Shown here one piece after another: positions 30,952 through 40,319 of a DNA stretch of 64,000 bases (position 1 is the stretch's first letter; the number at the start of each line of letters is the position of its first letter). Source of the stretch: Clostridia bacterium (lineage in GTDB: Bacteria > Bacillota > Clostridia > CAKSNL01 > HGM11501); the NCBI GenBank assembly GCA_900766735.1, contig CAAFWO010000017.1:792-64791 (forward strand). The letters run 5' to 3'. The translations under genes and the position numbers were made by a program. The notes below the pieces were generated by a model that searched no databases, was not told where the DNA came from, and saw nothing but the letters and a program-made list of their open reading frames with translations.

Positions 30952-31869
30952 ATGAAATATAACACAGTCGTGATCGGAGGCGGAGCGGCCGGGCTTGATG
31001 CGGCGGCATCGTGCGCAAGACTCGGGCTTTCGGTGCTTTTACTTGAAGCGATGTATACGGGCGGAATGGCGCTCAAGGTGAAAAACGTGCCGGACTTTCC
31101 CGGCTTTCCGGACGGGATCAGCGGCGAGGAGCTGACCGACAGAATGGAGAAAGCGGCGATCGCCGCCGGCGTTCGCATTCTTCACGAACGGGTGACGGAT
31201 ATGGAGCTTTCGGAAAAAACTAAAAGCATCACGACCGACAGGGGCGCCTATGAGGCGGACACGGTGATAATCGCCTGCGGTGTGCGCGTCCGCGAAATGG
31301 GGCTTGAAAACGAGCGCGCGCTCACCGGGCTCGGCATTTTCCATGCAGTCGCGGAGGGCAAAAGGGCGATCGAAGGCAAGAAGGCGGCTGTCTGGGGCTC
31401 GGGCGAGGAGGCGTGCAACTTTGCGCTTGAACTTGCGGAGATATGCATAGCGGTGTACCTCATCTGTCCCGAGGAGTGCTTAAATGCCGGAAAACGGCTG
31501 ATAGAGCGCATCAGAAACACACCGAAGATAAAATTATACGAAAATTCGCTGATCGCCGGTGTCAATGAAGGAATGTTTCTTTTAGAGTCTATGACCGTGG
31601 TCGGCAAGGAGACGATGGAGATCGATTCGATGCCGGTCGAGGCGGTGTTCGTTTCGCCGGAGCTTGAACCGGACAGCGACGTGCTTTTGGGGCACGTCAG
31701 AATGACGGACGAGGGAGCGGTCATCGTGAACGGTGATATGGAGACGGAAACAGAGGGAGTCTATGCGGTCGGTGCCGTGCGTTCCGGCTCGGCGAAAACG
31801 ATTCCGGACGCAGTGGCCGACGCGCGCCGCGCCGCCCTCGCAGTAAATGCGTATATAATAGGAAACTAA
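30952..31869 (+). CDS. Thioredoxin-reductase-like FAD/NAD(P)-dependent oxidoreductase lacking the CxxC redox motif (YpdA-like)
   Basis: FAD motif VVIGGGAAG and a second GxGxxA motif. I found no CATC/CAVC disulfide. Confidence 0.7.
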   Translation: MKYNTVVIGGGAAGLDAAASCARLGLSVLLLEAMYTGGMALKVKNVPDFPGFPDGISGEELTDRMEKAAIAAGVRILHERVTDMELSEKTKSITTDRGAYEADTVIIACGVRVREMGLENERALTGLGIFHAVAEGKRAIEGKKAAVWGSGEEACNFALELAEICIAVYLICPEECLNAGKRLIERIRNTPKIKLYENSLIAGVNEGMFLLESMTVVGKETMEIDSMPVEAVFVSPELEPDSDVLLGHVRMTDEGAVIVNGDMETETEGVYAVGAVRSGSAKTIPDAVADARRAALAVNAYIIGN

Positions 31870-31874
31870 AATTT

Positions 31875-31903
31875 AAAAGCAAGCCGAAAGGTTTGCTTTT
31901 TTG
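31875..31903 (+). terminator. Rho-independent terminator after the TrxR-like gene
   Basis: aagcaagcc gaaa ggtttgctt followed by TTTTTT. Confidence 0.5.
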
Positions 31904-32062
31904 TATGTGCGTAAAGGCTCCCTCATCAGATGGAGGCATTTGACCACCCCACCCACGCTAATGCACCCATCTCTTTGTAACAATTCACTCACCCGTCCGC
32001 GGAACACTTTGCCGCTCTAATGTTACAAAACGGTGACAAATGAAGAAAAATCGCAAAAAAGC

Positions 32063-32091
32063 TTGACAAAACACAAAAAAAATAATATTAT
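32063..32091 (+). promoter_or_regulatory. S-layer gene promoter P1 (TTGACA-17-TATTAT)
   Basis: Consensus -35 with an A-rich spacer. Confidence 0.55.
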
Positions 32092-32177
32092 AAAATGGTT
32101 AAGGCGAAAAAAGACCGCGTTTTTTTGCAGCAATGTGCTCCCTATTTTACAGTTGTGTAACAACTCGGTAAATAGCA

Positions 32178-32206
32178 TTGACTTATAAAAGGGTCGATGC
32201 TATAAT
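32178..32206 (+). promoter_or_regulatory. S-layer gene promoter P2 (TTGACT-17-TATAAT), followed by a ~120-nt structured 5' UTR
   Basis: Near-perfect sigma-A consensus. The leader contains GC hairpins before the AAGGAGG RBS. Confidence 0.65.
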
Positions 32207-32329
32207 GAAGCCATGGTTGGGAGGACCGTACTTGTACGGGCTTTCGATAAGCGACAGGTAAAAAGGCCGGCTCGCGGAAAGCGGATTCTTTCGCCAACAA
32301 AAAATTTTTTATAAGGAGGAATTGAGGTT

Positions 32330-35245
32330 ATGAAAAATCTCAAGAAAGTTCTCGCACTTGTATTGGCATGCGCTACTCTCTTCACGATGAGCTCTTTCGC
32401 ATTTTCGGACGTTGCTGAAGATGCAAGCTATCTTGAAGCTGTAACGATGCTCAGCAAGCTGGGAATCATCAACGGTTATGAGGATGGAACCTTCCTTCCT
32501 GATAACACAATCACCAGAGCGGAAGCTGCGAAAGTTCTTGTATGCGCTCTTAACGCTGAAGATTCAGCTAAGGGTATGGCAGATCAGGAGCTCTTCACAG
32601 ACGTTCCGAAGACTCACTGGGCTGCAGGTTATGTAAACTACGCTGCAAACTTCGGTATCATCGCAGGTCGTGGAAACGGCATATTTGATCCCGAGTCTCC
32701 CGTTTCTTACGAGGAAATCGTAAAGATGGTAGTTGCAATGCTTGGTTACACACCTGTTGCAAACATCAAGGGCGGCTATCCCACAGGTTATCTCTATGTT
32801 GCAAACAGCGTAGCTAAGATCACCAAGGGTGCAACCGGCACGACCGGCGACGCTGCTAAGAGATGGGTTGTTGCAAGACTTGTATTCAACTCTCTTGAAA
32901 CAAAGATCATGGAGCCCGAAAAGTGGAGTGCAAGCGATCCCGAGTACATCAAGGGTGATGACACTCTCTTAAAGGATTATCTTGAAGTTACCAAGGTTGA
33001 GGGTGTTATCACCGATACATTCCTCGCTAAGGCTGATTTCCAGGATAAAGAAGATCAGGACGTTGACTTGCTTATCAGCACAATCGACGGCAAGACAAAG
33101 AGAGCACTCGAGAATGACAACATTTCTTACAACTCTATGCCCGGCGACACCTACACTGTAGACGCTAACGGCACATACGCTGAGGATTACCTCGGTTACA
33201 CAGTTGTAGCATACGTTAAGGATTTCGACGAGGGTTCCGACGTGCTCGTTGCTGTAGCTCCCAAGGCTAACAAGAACACGACTCTTGACGTTGCTTTTGA
33301 CGACTTCGAGAAAGACACTGTTGACAACTCAAACTCTAAGTACATCGAGTTCGAGTACTATGCAAATGTTGACGACGAAGACACAACAAAGGGCAAGATC
33401 TCCAAGAAGAATGACGACTTCTATGTATATCAGAACGGCAGATTGGACTCTTCTCTTAACTCTGACACGGCAATTGTTAACTTCATCAAGCAGTTCAGCA
33501 CCGATTACGATGCAGAAGAGGGTTACATCAGATTCGTTGATAACGACGGCGATAACTATGCTGATTACCTCTTCGTTGAGACCATCAACGATGAGTATGT
33601 AGTTGATTCTATCACAGCTAAGACATTCAAGATTGACGACAAGATCAACTCTAAGACGATCACTCTCGATCCTACCGACGATGAGAAGTATGTAAACTTC
33701 TACAGAGACGGCGTACAGGTTGAGTTCTCTTCCATCAAGGAAGGCGACACTCTTTCTGTAGCATACAATAAGTCTACTCTTAAGAACTCCAACGTTGTAA
33801 GCGTTTACATCTCTTCGGAGAAGGCTGAGGGCTATGTTTCCACAGCTTCCGCTACAAAGAACGAGTACAAGATCGACGGTACCGTATATGCTAAGTCTTC
33901 TAAGTACACTGAAGACATTAGGAGAGGCGACGAGGGCACATTCTACCTTAACTATAAGGGCAGAGTAGCATACAAAGAGGCTCAGACTTCTAAGGACGGC
34001 AACTATGCATTCTTACTTTCTGTAAACACTGATGACGACTTTGCTGACGGCAAGAGCTTCACTCTTCGTTTCATGAACGAAAAGGGTGAGTGGGTAGACG
34101 CTAAGCTTTATGAGAAGCTTGCTATCTACGACGAAGGCGGTAAGCAGGTTGCTAAGTACAAGGACATGGATGCTCTTGAGGCCGGAATCGAAGCTAATAC
34201 GAGCAACTGGTTAGCGGTAAATGCAGGCGAGCTTGAGCTTGACGGCGCTAAGGCTCAGAGAATATTCAAGTATACTCTTAACTCCAACGGCGACATCACA
34301 AAGATCACTCTTCCCAAGAATGGCCTTAATGAGGACAAATTCACCTATGAAGCATTTACTGATGAGACCTACAAAGAGTCTTCCAACAGATTTGCCGGCA
34401 TCAAATATAAGGGCGGCGTTGACAAGAAAACTGTAGTATTCAATATCGACGTTGACACTGACAACGTAGTAGACGCAACAAAGAAGAAAGAGGTTTCTCT
34501 TGCGACAAGCACTCTCTTCAAGGATGAGTCTAAGTACACAGGTATTGCATACGATTACGAGAACGACGCTTACAAGTGCATGGTAATCACCAATGCCGGA
34601 AACAAGATCGACGAAGAGTCTTCTCTCCTCGTAATCCAGAACGCAGAGCTCACATCCAACGATGATGACGATTACTTCGTAATCACCGGTTACAAGGATG
34701 GTAAGAATGTTACTCTTGAGTCTGTAGCAATTGAAGACCTCGGGTATGAGGGCACTAAGGTTACAACCGACAGCGAGCTTGAAAATCTTGACGGCGGCGC
34801 AATCGCAGAGATCTCTGTTGACGGCGCAGGCAAGATCGACAATGTAAAGGTTCTCTTCACATTTGACGATGCTGAGTACGGCAAGAAGGTTGAGATCGGC
34901 AACCTTGACGAGGATGCAGCTTATGTATACGGTGCAATCTCTTCCAAGAAGGTTTCCGGAACAGGCAAGGTTATCGACCTTACATCTTCATATGTATTAG
35001 ATGCTGATGGCAAGGATCAGAATGTATTTGCAAGCATCGCAACAGCGGGTGCCGGCATGAAGGGTAACATCTACCTTGTAGAGCCCGGTGCAAGAAAGAA
35101 CACCATCTCGGTTGATACTTCTATCGCTGATTATGTTGATTCTCTCAACGAAGATCTCGGATCCGGTGACGAAGTTTACTGCGCATATGCTAAGCTTTAT
35201 GACGGCGACACGATCGACGTTGTAGTTTACAAGATCAAGCTGTAA
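32330..35245 (+). CDS. S-layer protein with three N-terminal SLH domains (971 aa)
   Basis: Signal peptide followed by SLH repeats and a large acidic Asp/Thr-rich beta-type domain. Twin strong promoters, strong terminator and biased codon usage suggest very high expression. Confidence 0.85.
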   Translation: MKNLKKVLALVLACATLFTMSSFAFSDVAEDASYLEAVTMLSKLGIINGYEDGTFLPDNTITRAEAAKVLVCALNAEDSAKGMADQELFTDVPKTHWAAGYVNYAANFGIIAGRGNGIFDPESPVSYEEIVKMVVAMLGYTPVANIKGGYPTGYLYVANSVAKITKGATGTTGDAAKRWVVARLVFNSLETKIMEPEKWSASDPEYIKGDDTLLKDYLEVTKVEGVITDTFLAKADFQDKEDQDVDLLISTIDGKTKRALENDNISYNSMPGDTYTVDANGTYAEDYLGYTVVAYVKDFDEGSDVLVAVAPKANKNTTLDVAFDDFEKDTVDNSNSKYIEFEYYANVDDEDTTKGKISKKNDDFYVYQNGRLDSSLNSDTAIVNFIKQFSTDYDAEEGYIRFVDNDGDNYADYLFVETINDEYVVDSITAKTFKIDDKINSKTITLDPTDDEKYVNFYRDGVQVEFSSIKEGDTLSVAYNKSTLKNSNVVSVYISSEKAEGYVSTASATKNEYKIDGTVYAKSSKYTEDIRRGDEGTFYLNYKGRVAYKEAQTSKDGNYAFLLSVNTDDDFADGKSFTLRFMNEKGEWVDAKLYEKLAIYDEGGKQVAKYKDMDALEAGIEANTSNWLAVNAGELELDGAKAQRIFKYTLNSNGDITKITLPKNGLNEDKFTYEAFTDETYKESSNRFAGIKYKGGVDKKTVVFNIDVDTDNVVDATKKKEVSLATSTLFKDESKYTGIAYDYENDAYKCMVITNAGNKIDEESSLLVIQNAELTSNDDDDYFVITGYKDGKNVTLESVAIEDLGYEGTKVTTDSELENLDGGAIAEISVDGAGKIDNVKVLFTFDDAEYGKKVEIGNLDEDAAYVYGAISSKKVSGTGKVIDLTSSYVLDADGKDQNVFASIATAGAGMKGNIYLVEPGARKNTISVDTSIADYVDSLNEDLGSGDEVYCAYAKLYDGDTIDVVVYKIKL

Positions 35246-35266
35246 GCTTTAACCCAAACAATTAAA

Positions 35267-35297
35267 AAGAACGCAGAGCAATCTGCGTTCTTTTTTT
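35267..35297 (+). terminator. Strong rho-independent terminator of S-layer gene
   Basis: gaacgcaga gcaa tctgcgttc followed by TTTTTTT. Confidence 0.85.
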
Positions 35298-35299
35298 GT

Positions 35300-35580
35300 G
35301 TGCGCTTTCAAAGGCTCACCCGGAGTTTGGTTAAGGCGCAATAAGGCTCCCCCTGGGGGAGCTGTCAAAACCGCAGGGTTTGACTGAGGGATATGGGATT
35401 TGCACCCACTCCGATAGTACACCGTAGGGCACGGCGGTTTCCGACGTGCCGACCGTTTTGCACACACCTCGGTTCGTCGTAAACGCCGAACCCTACGATT
35501 TGCACCCACTCCACTGATGCACCCGTAGGGGATGGCGTCCCCGACATCCCGATAATTTTAAGAACAAAAAAGGGGAACAA
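35300..35580. repeat. Cluster of modular intergenic palindromic repeat elements (family shared with 31905-31960 and 40320-41100)
   Basis: gatttgcacccactcc occurs twice. A 29-nt core gtagggcacggcggtttccgacgtgccga is identical to 40923-40951. A ~45-bp unit gagtttggttaaggcgcaataaggctccccctgggggagctg is homologous to 40631-40677 and 40789-40832. Confidence 0.65.
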
Positions 35581-35607
35581 ATGAAGCGAGTGGAAGATTT
35601 AAAACAA

Positions 35608-35642
35608 AAAAAGTCGGAACAAGCTTCGCTTGTTCCGACTCG
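35608..35642 (-). terminator. Terminator of tRNA-Thr (minus strand)
   Basis: gtcggaacaagc ttcg cttgttccgac with a T-run on the minus strand. Confidence 0.65.
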
Positions 35643-35718
<76 letters not shown>

Positions 35719-35733
35719 AAACCAACATATAAT

Positions 35734-35762
35734 ATTATACTTTATATTGCCCGATTTGTCAA
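35734..35762 (-). promoter_or_regulatory. tRNA-Thr promoter (TTGACA-17-TATAAT on minus strand)
   Basis: Reverse complement cTTGACAaatcgggcaatataaagTATAAT. Confidence 0.65.
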
Positions 35763-35909
35763 GAAAAAATTACAGAATTTTTGATAGCAAAAAAACGAAG
35801 AAACGGAACAATCTTCACAAAAAACTTAAGGCACTCGCCGCTCTTCCGTGTTACAATACCCTTGACCGGAACAAAGAGGCCGGGAATAATCCGAAAAGAG
35901 GGGTAAACT

Positions 35910-37298
35910 ATGAAATACGAAAACGGAAAAGTAAGGGATCTTAAAATTGCATATATCGGCGGCGGTTCGCGCGGCTGGGCGTGGGGGCTGATGAGCGACC
36001 TCGTGTCGAACGATGATATGTCTGGCGATGTGGCGCTTTACGACATTGACCGCGATGCCGCAAAGAACAACGAAATAATCGGAAACAGATATAACTCGGC
36101 AGAGGGCGCGGTTTCCGAGTGGCACTATAAGGCGGTGGACAATATCGACGACGCGCTCACCGGCGCGGACTTTGTCATCATCTCCATTCTGCCCGGCACG
36201 TTTGACGAAATGGAGTCGGACGTTCACGCACCCGAAAAATACGGCATTTACCAGCCCGTCGGCGATACGACAGGCCCCGGCGGCGCGATCAGAGCGCTCC
36301 GCACGATTCCGATGTATGAGGAGTTTGCGAAGGCAATAAAGAAAAACTGCCCGAACGCGTGGGTCATCAACTACACAAACCCGATGGCCGTGTGCGTGAA
36401 CACGCTTTACAAGGTGTTCCCCGAAATCAAGGCGTTCGGCTGCTGCCACGAGGTTTTCGGAACACAGAAATTTATGTGCAGTGTATTAAAGGAAGAAATG
36501 GATATCGACGCAACGAGAGAGGAGATCAACATAAATGTTCTCGGCGTCAACCATTTCACATGGATAACAGAGGCGAAATATAAAAATTTAGACCTCTTCC
36601 CCATTTACCGCAAATTCGCAGAGAGTCATGCGGAGTCCGGATTCGGCAAACCTGTGGACGATAATTGGATCAACCGCCAGTGGGCAAGGAACGAAAAGGT
36701 AAAAATGAACCTCTTCTTGAGATACGGCTATATCGCCGCGGCAGGCGACCGTCACCTTGCGGAGTTCTGTCCCGGCAAGTGGTACCTTGAGAGTCCCGAA
36801 TCGGCATATAAAGACTGGGGCTTCGGGCTCACAAGCGTTAAATGGAGAAAAGAGGAGCTCGCAAGAAGGCTCGAAAGAAGCAATGCTCTTGCCGAGGGAA
36901 GAGGAACCTGCAAGATCGAAAAGACCGGCGAGGAGGGCGTTCACCAGATGCGCGCGCTTTTAGGCCTTACAAAGCTTGTGACAAATGTGAACATTCCCAA
37001 CTGCGGCCAGATCCCGAACCTTCCTTTCGGCGCAGTCGTTGAGACGAACGCGGTATTCACGGCCGACAGCGTTAAGCCGGTATTTGCGGGCAATGTTCCG
37101 GAGGAGATCTATCCCCTCGTTTCAAGGAACGCCGGCGCGCAGGTGCTTATTACCGAGGGCGGCTTAAAGCGTGATCTTTCCCTTGTGTTTGACGCGTTCT
37201 GCCACGATCCTTTGGTGACGACATCGCTTTCCGACACGAAAAAACTCTTCAATGAGATGCTCGATAATACAAAAGAGTATATTAAAATGTACTTTTAA
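35910..37298 (+). CDS. Glycoside hydrolase family 4 (NAD+/Mn2+-dependent alpha-glucosidase / 6-phospho-glycosidase)
   Basis: N-terminal Rossmann fold IAYIGGGS and the GH4 signature region CCHEV. Confidence 0.85.
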   Translation: MKYENGKVRDLKIAYIGGGSRGWAWGLMSDLVSNDDMSGDVALYDIDRDAAKNNEIIGNRYNSAEGAVSEWHYKAVDNIDDALTGADFVIISILPGTFDEMESDVHAPEKYGIYQPVGDTTGPGGAIRALRTIPMYEEFAKAIKKNCPNAWVINYTNPMAVCVNTLYKVFPEIKAFGCCHEVFGTQKFMCSVLKEEMDIDATREEININVLGVNHFTWITEAKYKNLDLFPIYRKFAESHAESGFGKPVDDNWINRQWARNEKVKMNLFLRYGYIAAAGDRHLAEFCPGKWYLESPESAYKDWGFGLTSVKWRKEELARRLERSNALAEGRGTCKIEKTGEEGVHQMRALLGLTKLVTNVNIPNCGQIPNLPFGAVVETNAVFTADSVKPVFAGNVPEEIYPLVSRNAGAQVLITEGGLKRDLSLVFDAFCHDPLVTTSLSDTKKLFNEMLDNTKEYIKMYF

Positions 37299-37328
37299 TA
37301 GCATTTTTTAACTTTTTCGCGTTTTTCT

Positions 37329-37359
37329 CTTGACAAACCCAAGTAAAAAGATATATAAT
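37329..37359 (+). promoter_or_regulatory. Promoter of Cu-amine-oxidase-domain surface protein gene (TTGACA ... TATAAT)
   Basis: Consensus -35. The -10 is tatataat with a 17-19 nt spacer. Confidence 0.5.
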
Positions 37360-37416
37360 AATGCATGATAGGTGGGCTGTATTTTACAGTTGAATTTTTA
37401 TAAGGAGTGAATTGAG

Positions 37417-39141
37417 ATGAAAAAATTTATCGCATTGGTACTTGCTATGCTCATGGTCATTTCGTGCGCGTGCGTTGTAAGTGCCGCAGACAAAACACTG
37501 TTTGAGTGCCTTGGCGGAAAAGCCGGTACATTGAACAGCGATGTTAAGACATCGGTAGTTGCAAAATCAAGCACAAGCACTGTATATTCGAGCGTTGTTG
37601 AGGCATACGCAACAGGCGAGCGCTCATATGATTTCAGAGCAATTCTTGATATGAGCAGCGTTAAGAACCTTGCCGCACTTGCAAAGGCAAAGGTTGCTAC
37701 ATTTGAGGATTACAAGGGTGATTTTGACGCACTTGACATTAAGGGCGATTTCACCGTTGTTGTAACCTATCCCGAGGGAATTACTCTTCCCGACTTCACA
37801 AAGTCTGAGTCCTATGACGCAATAATCGGCGGCGTATTCGATATGGCTATGCCTGTTGTTGACGAGGAAGCTAAGACAATTACCTTCAGATTCACACTTG
37901 CTGACGGAACAAAGGCAAGCGCTATTGAAGCGTTCCCCGATGAGTTCATGTTAACAGCTTACGGCTTCAAGGTATCTAAAGTAGGCGAGTATGTTCTTAC
38001 CGGAACAATGGCCGGCAAGACCGAGATCTATGAGGGTGAGAACAAGGTTTACACCATCAACTACAAGTCGGTTGACAGCAAGGATGAGGCGGCTGTTCCT
38101 TCTCTTACAATCACATTGAAGAAGAAGAGTTCTTCGTCTTCCGGCGGAAACTCCACAAGCAAGCCTTCGACAGGTTCTTCCACAACTGTTGATGTAACAG
38201 GCAACAAGACCGTTAAGGTTGACGTTTCGACCTCAGGTTCGACTGCAACAGTTAAGGACATCACAGCTGACGACCTTAAGAAAGCAGGCGCAGATAAGGA
38301 TCTTGTAATTGACCTTTCCGGACTCAAGAAGGATCTTGACACTGTCAAGATTACAGGTGACACAGCTAAGGCAATCGCTGATTCCGACGTTGAGAACGTT
38401 GAGATTAACCTTGGAGACACCACAGTTGCAATCGATTCTAAGACAATTGCGGCAATCGCAAAGGCTGACGCTAAGAACATCGAGATCGGTGTTGATACAG
38501 ACGTTAAGCTTAACGCTAAGCAGGACGAGGCTGTTAAGGGTCTTGAAAATGCAGAAACTCTTACCGTATCCATCAAGGCTGACGGAAAAGACGTTGCAGG
38601 AACTGCTGCGGTAACCGCTCCTTATAAGTGGGACGGAAAGGGCGTAATCCTTGCAGGCACAGTTGATGCTGAAGGCAAGATCACAAACGTTCCCGTTTCC
38701 TTCAAGAAGGGCGAGATCAATGTAACTGCAGCAACAGGCGAGGCAGTCGTTGTATGGACTGTTCCGGCTGAAAAGGCATTCGTTCTTACAATCGATAAGA
38801 AGGACGCTGATGTATTCGGCGAGAAGGCGTCTAACGACGTTGCTCCCAAGATCGTTAAGAACAGAACAATGCTTCCCGCAAGATTCGTTGCAGAGAAGCT
38901 CGGCGCAACAGTTGAGTGGAACGAAGAGAAGCAGGAAGTTACCGTTAAGTCTGATAACGTAACAATCGTTATCACGATCGGTGCTGAAAAGGCTCTCGTA
39001 AATGACAAGGAAGTTGAACTTGACTCTCCGGCATTCATCGAGAACGACAGAACCTACACACCTATCAGATTCATATCTGAGAGCCTTGGCGCAACAGTTA
39101 ACTGGAACGGCGCTACCGAGCAGGTTGTTATCACAAAATAA
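37417..39141 (+). CDS. Secreted cell-surface protein with C-terminal copper amine oxidase N-terminal-like (stalk) repeat domains
   Basis: Signal peptide, an S/T/G-rich linker and two C-terminal Cu_amine_oxidN1-like repeats (LPARFVAEKLGATVEWN; TPIRFISESLGATVNWN). Confidence 0.8.
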   Translation: MKKFIALVLAMLMVISCACVVSAADKTLFECLGGKAGTLNSDVKTSVVAKSSTSTVYSSVVEAYATGERSYDFRAILDMSSVKNLAALAKAKVATFEDYKGDFDALDIKGDFTVVVTYPEGITLPDFTKSESYDAIIGGVFDMAMPVVDEEAKTITFRFTLADGTKASAIEAFPDEFMLTAYGFKVSKVGEYVLTGTMAGKTEIYEGENKVYTINYKSVDSKDEAAVPSLTITLKKKSSSSSGGNSTSKPSTGSSTTVDVTGNKTVKVDVSTSGSTATVKDITADDLKKAGADKDLVIDLSGLKKDLDTVKITGDTAKAIADSDVENVEINLGDTTVAIDSKTIAAIAKADAKNIEIGVDTDVKLNAKQDEAVKGLENAETLTVSIKADGKDVAGTAAVTAPYKWDGKGVILAGTVDAEGKITNVPVSFKKGEINVTAATGEAVVVWTVPAEKAFVLTIDKKDADVFGEKASNDVAPKIVKNRTMLPARFVAEKLGATVEWNEEKQEVTVKSDNVTIVITIGAEKALVNDKEVELDSPAFIENDRTYTPIRFISESLGATVNWNGATEQVVITK

Positions 39142-39192
39142 TCAAGGATAACGGTTTCCAACGGCTGTCTGTCGGATGGAGAATGTTAATTA

Positions 39193-39225
39193 AGCCGAAG
39201 CAGCGAAACTGCTTCGGCTTTTTGC
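39193..39225 (+). terminator. Rho-independent terminator
   Basis: agccgaagcag cgaaa ctgcttcggct followed by TTTTT. Confidence 0.75.
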
Positions 39226-39286
39226 TTTTCGAAAACAAGAAATCGGGACGGATACCATTATATTATAAAACAGGAGGTATTTTAAA

Positions 39287-40282
39287 ATGTACAAAGCAAG
39301 TGAAAAACGATATGCAAAAATGCAATATGCCCACTGTGGAAAGAGCGGCTTGAAATTGCCGAAAGTTTCGCTCGGATTGTGGCATAATTTCGGAAATACC
39401 GCTTCTTTTGATAATATGACGGCGCTGTGCACAACGGCGTTTGACCACGGAATAACGCATTTCGACCTCGCGAATAACTACGGGCCCGAACCCGGCAGAG
39501 CGGAGATTAATTTCGGTAAGATATTGAAGGAAAATTTCCTCCCCTACCGTGACGAGATGATAATTAGCACCAAGGCCGGCTATGATATGTGGGAAGGCCC
39601 TTACGGAAACTGGGGCAGCAGAAAATATCTGATCGCGAGCCTTGACCAGAGCTTGAAGAGAATGGGCATCGATTATGTGGACATTTTCTACCACCACAGA
39701 CCCGATCCGGAGACTCCGCTTGAGGAAACGATGGGTGCGCTGGACTATGCGGTGAAGAGCGGCAAGGCACTCTATGCCGGGTTGTCCAACTACAACGGCG
39801 AGATGATGGAGCGTGCGGCGGAGATTCTGGAGCGTTTGAACTGCCCGTTCGTAATCAATCAGAACCGCTATTCGATTTTTGACCGCACGATCGAGCAGAA
39901 CGGATTGAAGAAGACTGCCGAGAGATGCGGAAAGGGTATAATCGCATTCAGCCCTCTTGCTCAGGGCACGCTGACCGACCGCTATCTTAATGGCATTCCG
40001 GAGGACAGCAGAATAAAGACGGACGGCAGATTCTTAAAAGCGTCGATCCTGACGGAAGAGAGACTGTCGGAGATTAAACAGCTTAACGATGTTGCGCGCC
40101 GCCGCGGCCAGACTCTGGCTGAGATGGCTCTTGCCTGGGTGCTTAAGGATAACGCGGTGACGAGCGTGCTTATCGGCGCGTCCAAACCGGAGCAGATTCT
40201 GGATAATATTAAGGCGATCAATAACAACAACTTTACGGAGGCGGAGCTCCGCGAGATCGATGCGATCTGCCAGATAGTATAA
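39287..40282 (+). CDS. Aldo/keto reductase (L-glyceraldehyde 3-phosphate reductase YghZ/Gpr-like)
   Basis: 331 aa with the AKR catalytic tetrad region (DLANNYG..., HRPD). Confidence 0.88.
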   Translation: MYKASEKRYAKMQYAHCGKSGLKLPKVSLGLWHNFGNTASFDNMTALCTTAFDHGITHFDLANNYGPEPGRAEINFGKILKENFLPYRDEMIISTKAGYDMWEGPYGNWGSRKYLIASLDQSLKRMGIDYVDIFYHHRPDPETPLEETMGALDYAVKSGKALYAGLSNYNGEMMERAAEILERLNCPFVINQNRYSIFDRTIEQNGLKKTAERCGKGIIAFSPLAQGTLTDRYLNGIPEDSRIKTDGRFLKASILTEERLSEIKQLNDVARRRGQTLAEMALAWVLKDNAVTSVLIGASKPEQILDNIKAINNNNFTEAELREIDAICQIV

Positions 40283-40284
40283 TA

Positions 40285-40318
40285 AAAACCCCCGTGATTT
40301 TCATCACGGGGGTTTTAG
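40285..40318 (+). terminator. Rho-independent terminator
   Basis: cccccgtga ttttca tcacggggg followed by TTTT. Confidence 0.8.
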
Positions 40319-40319
40319 A

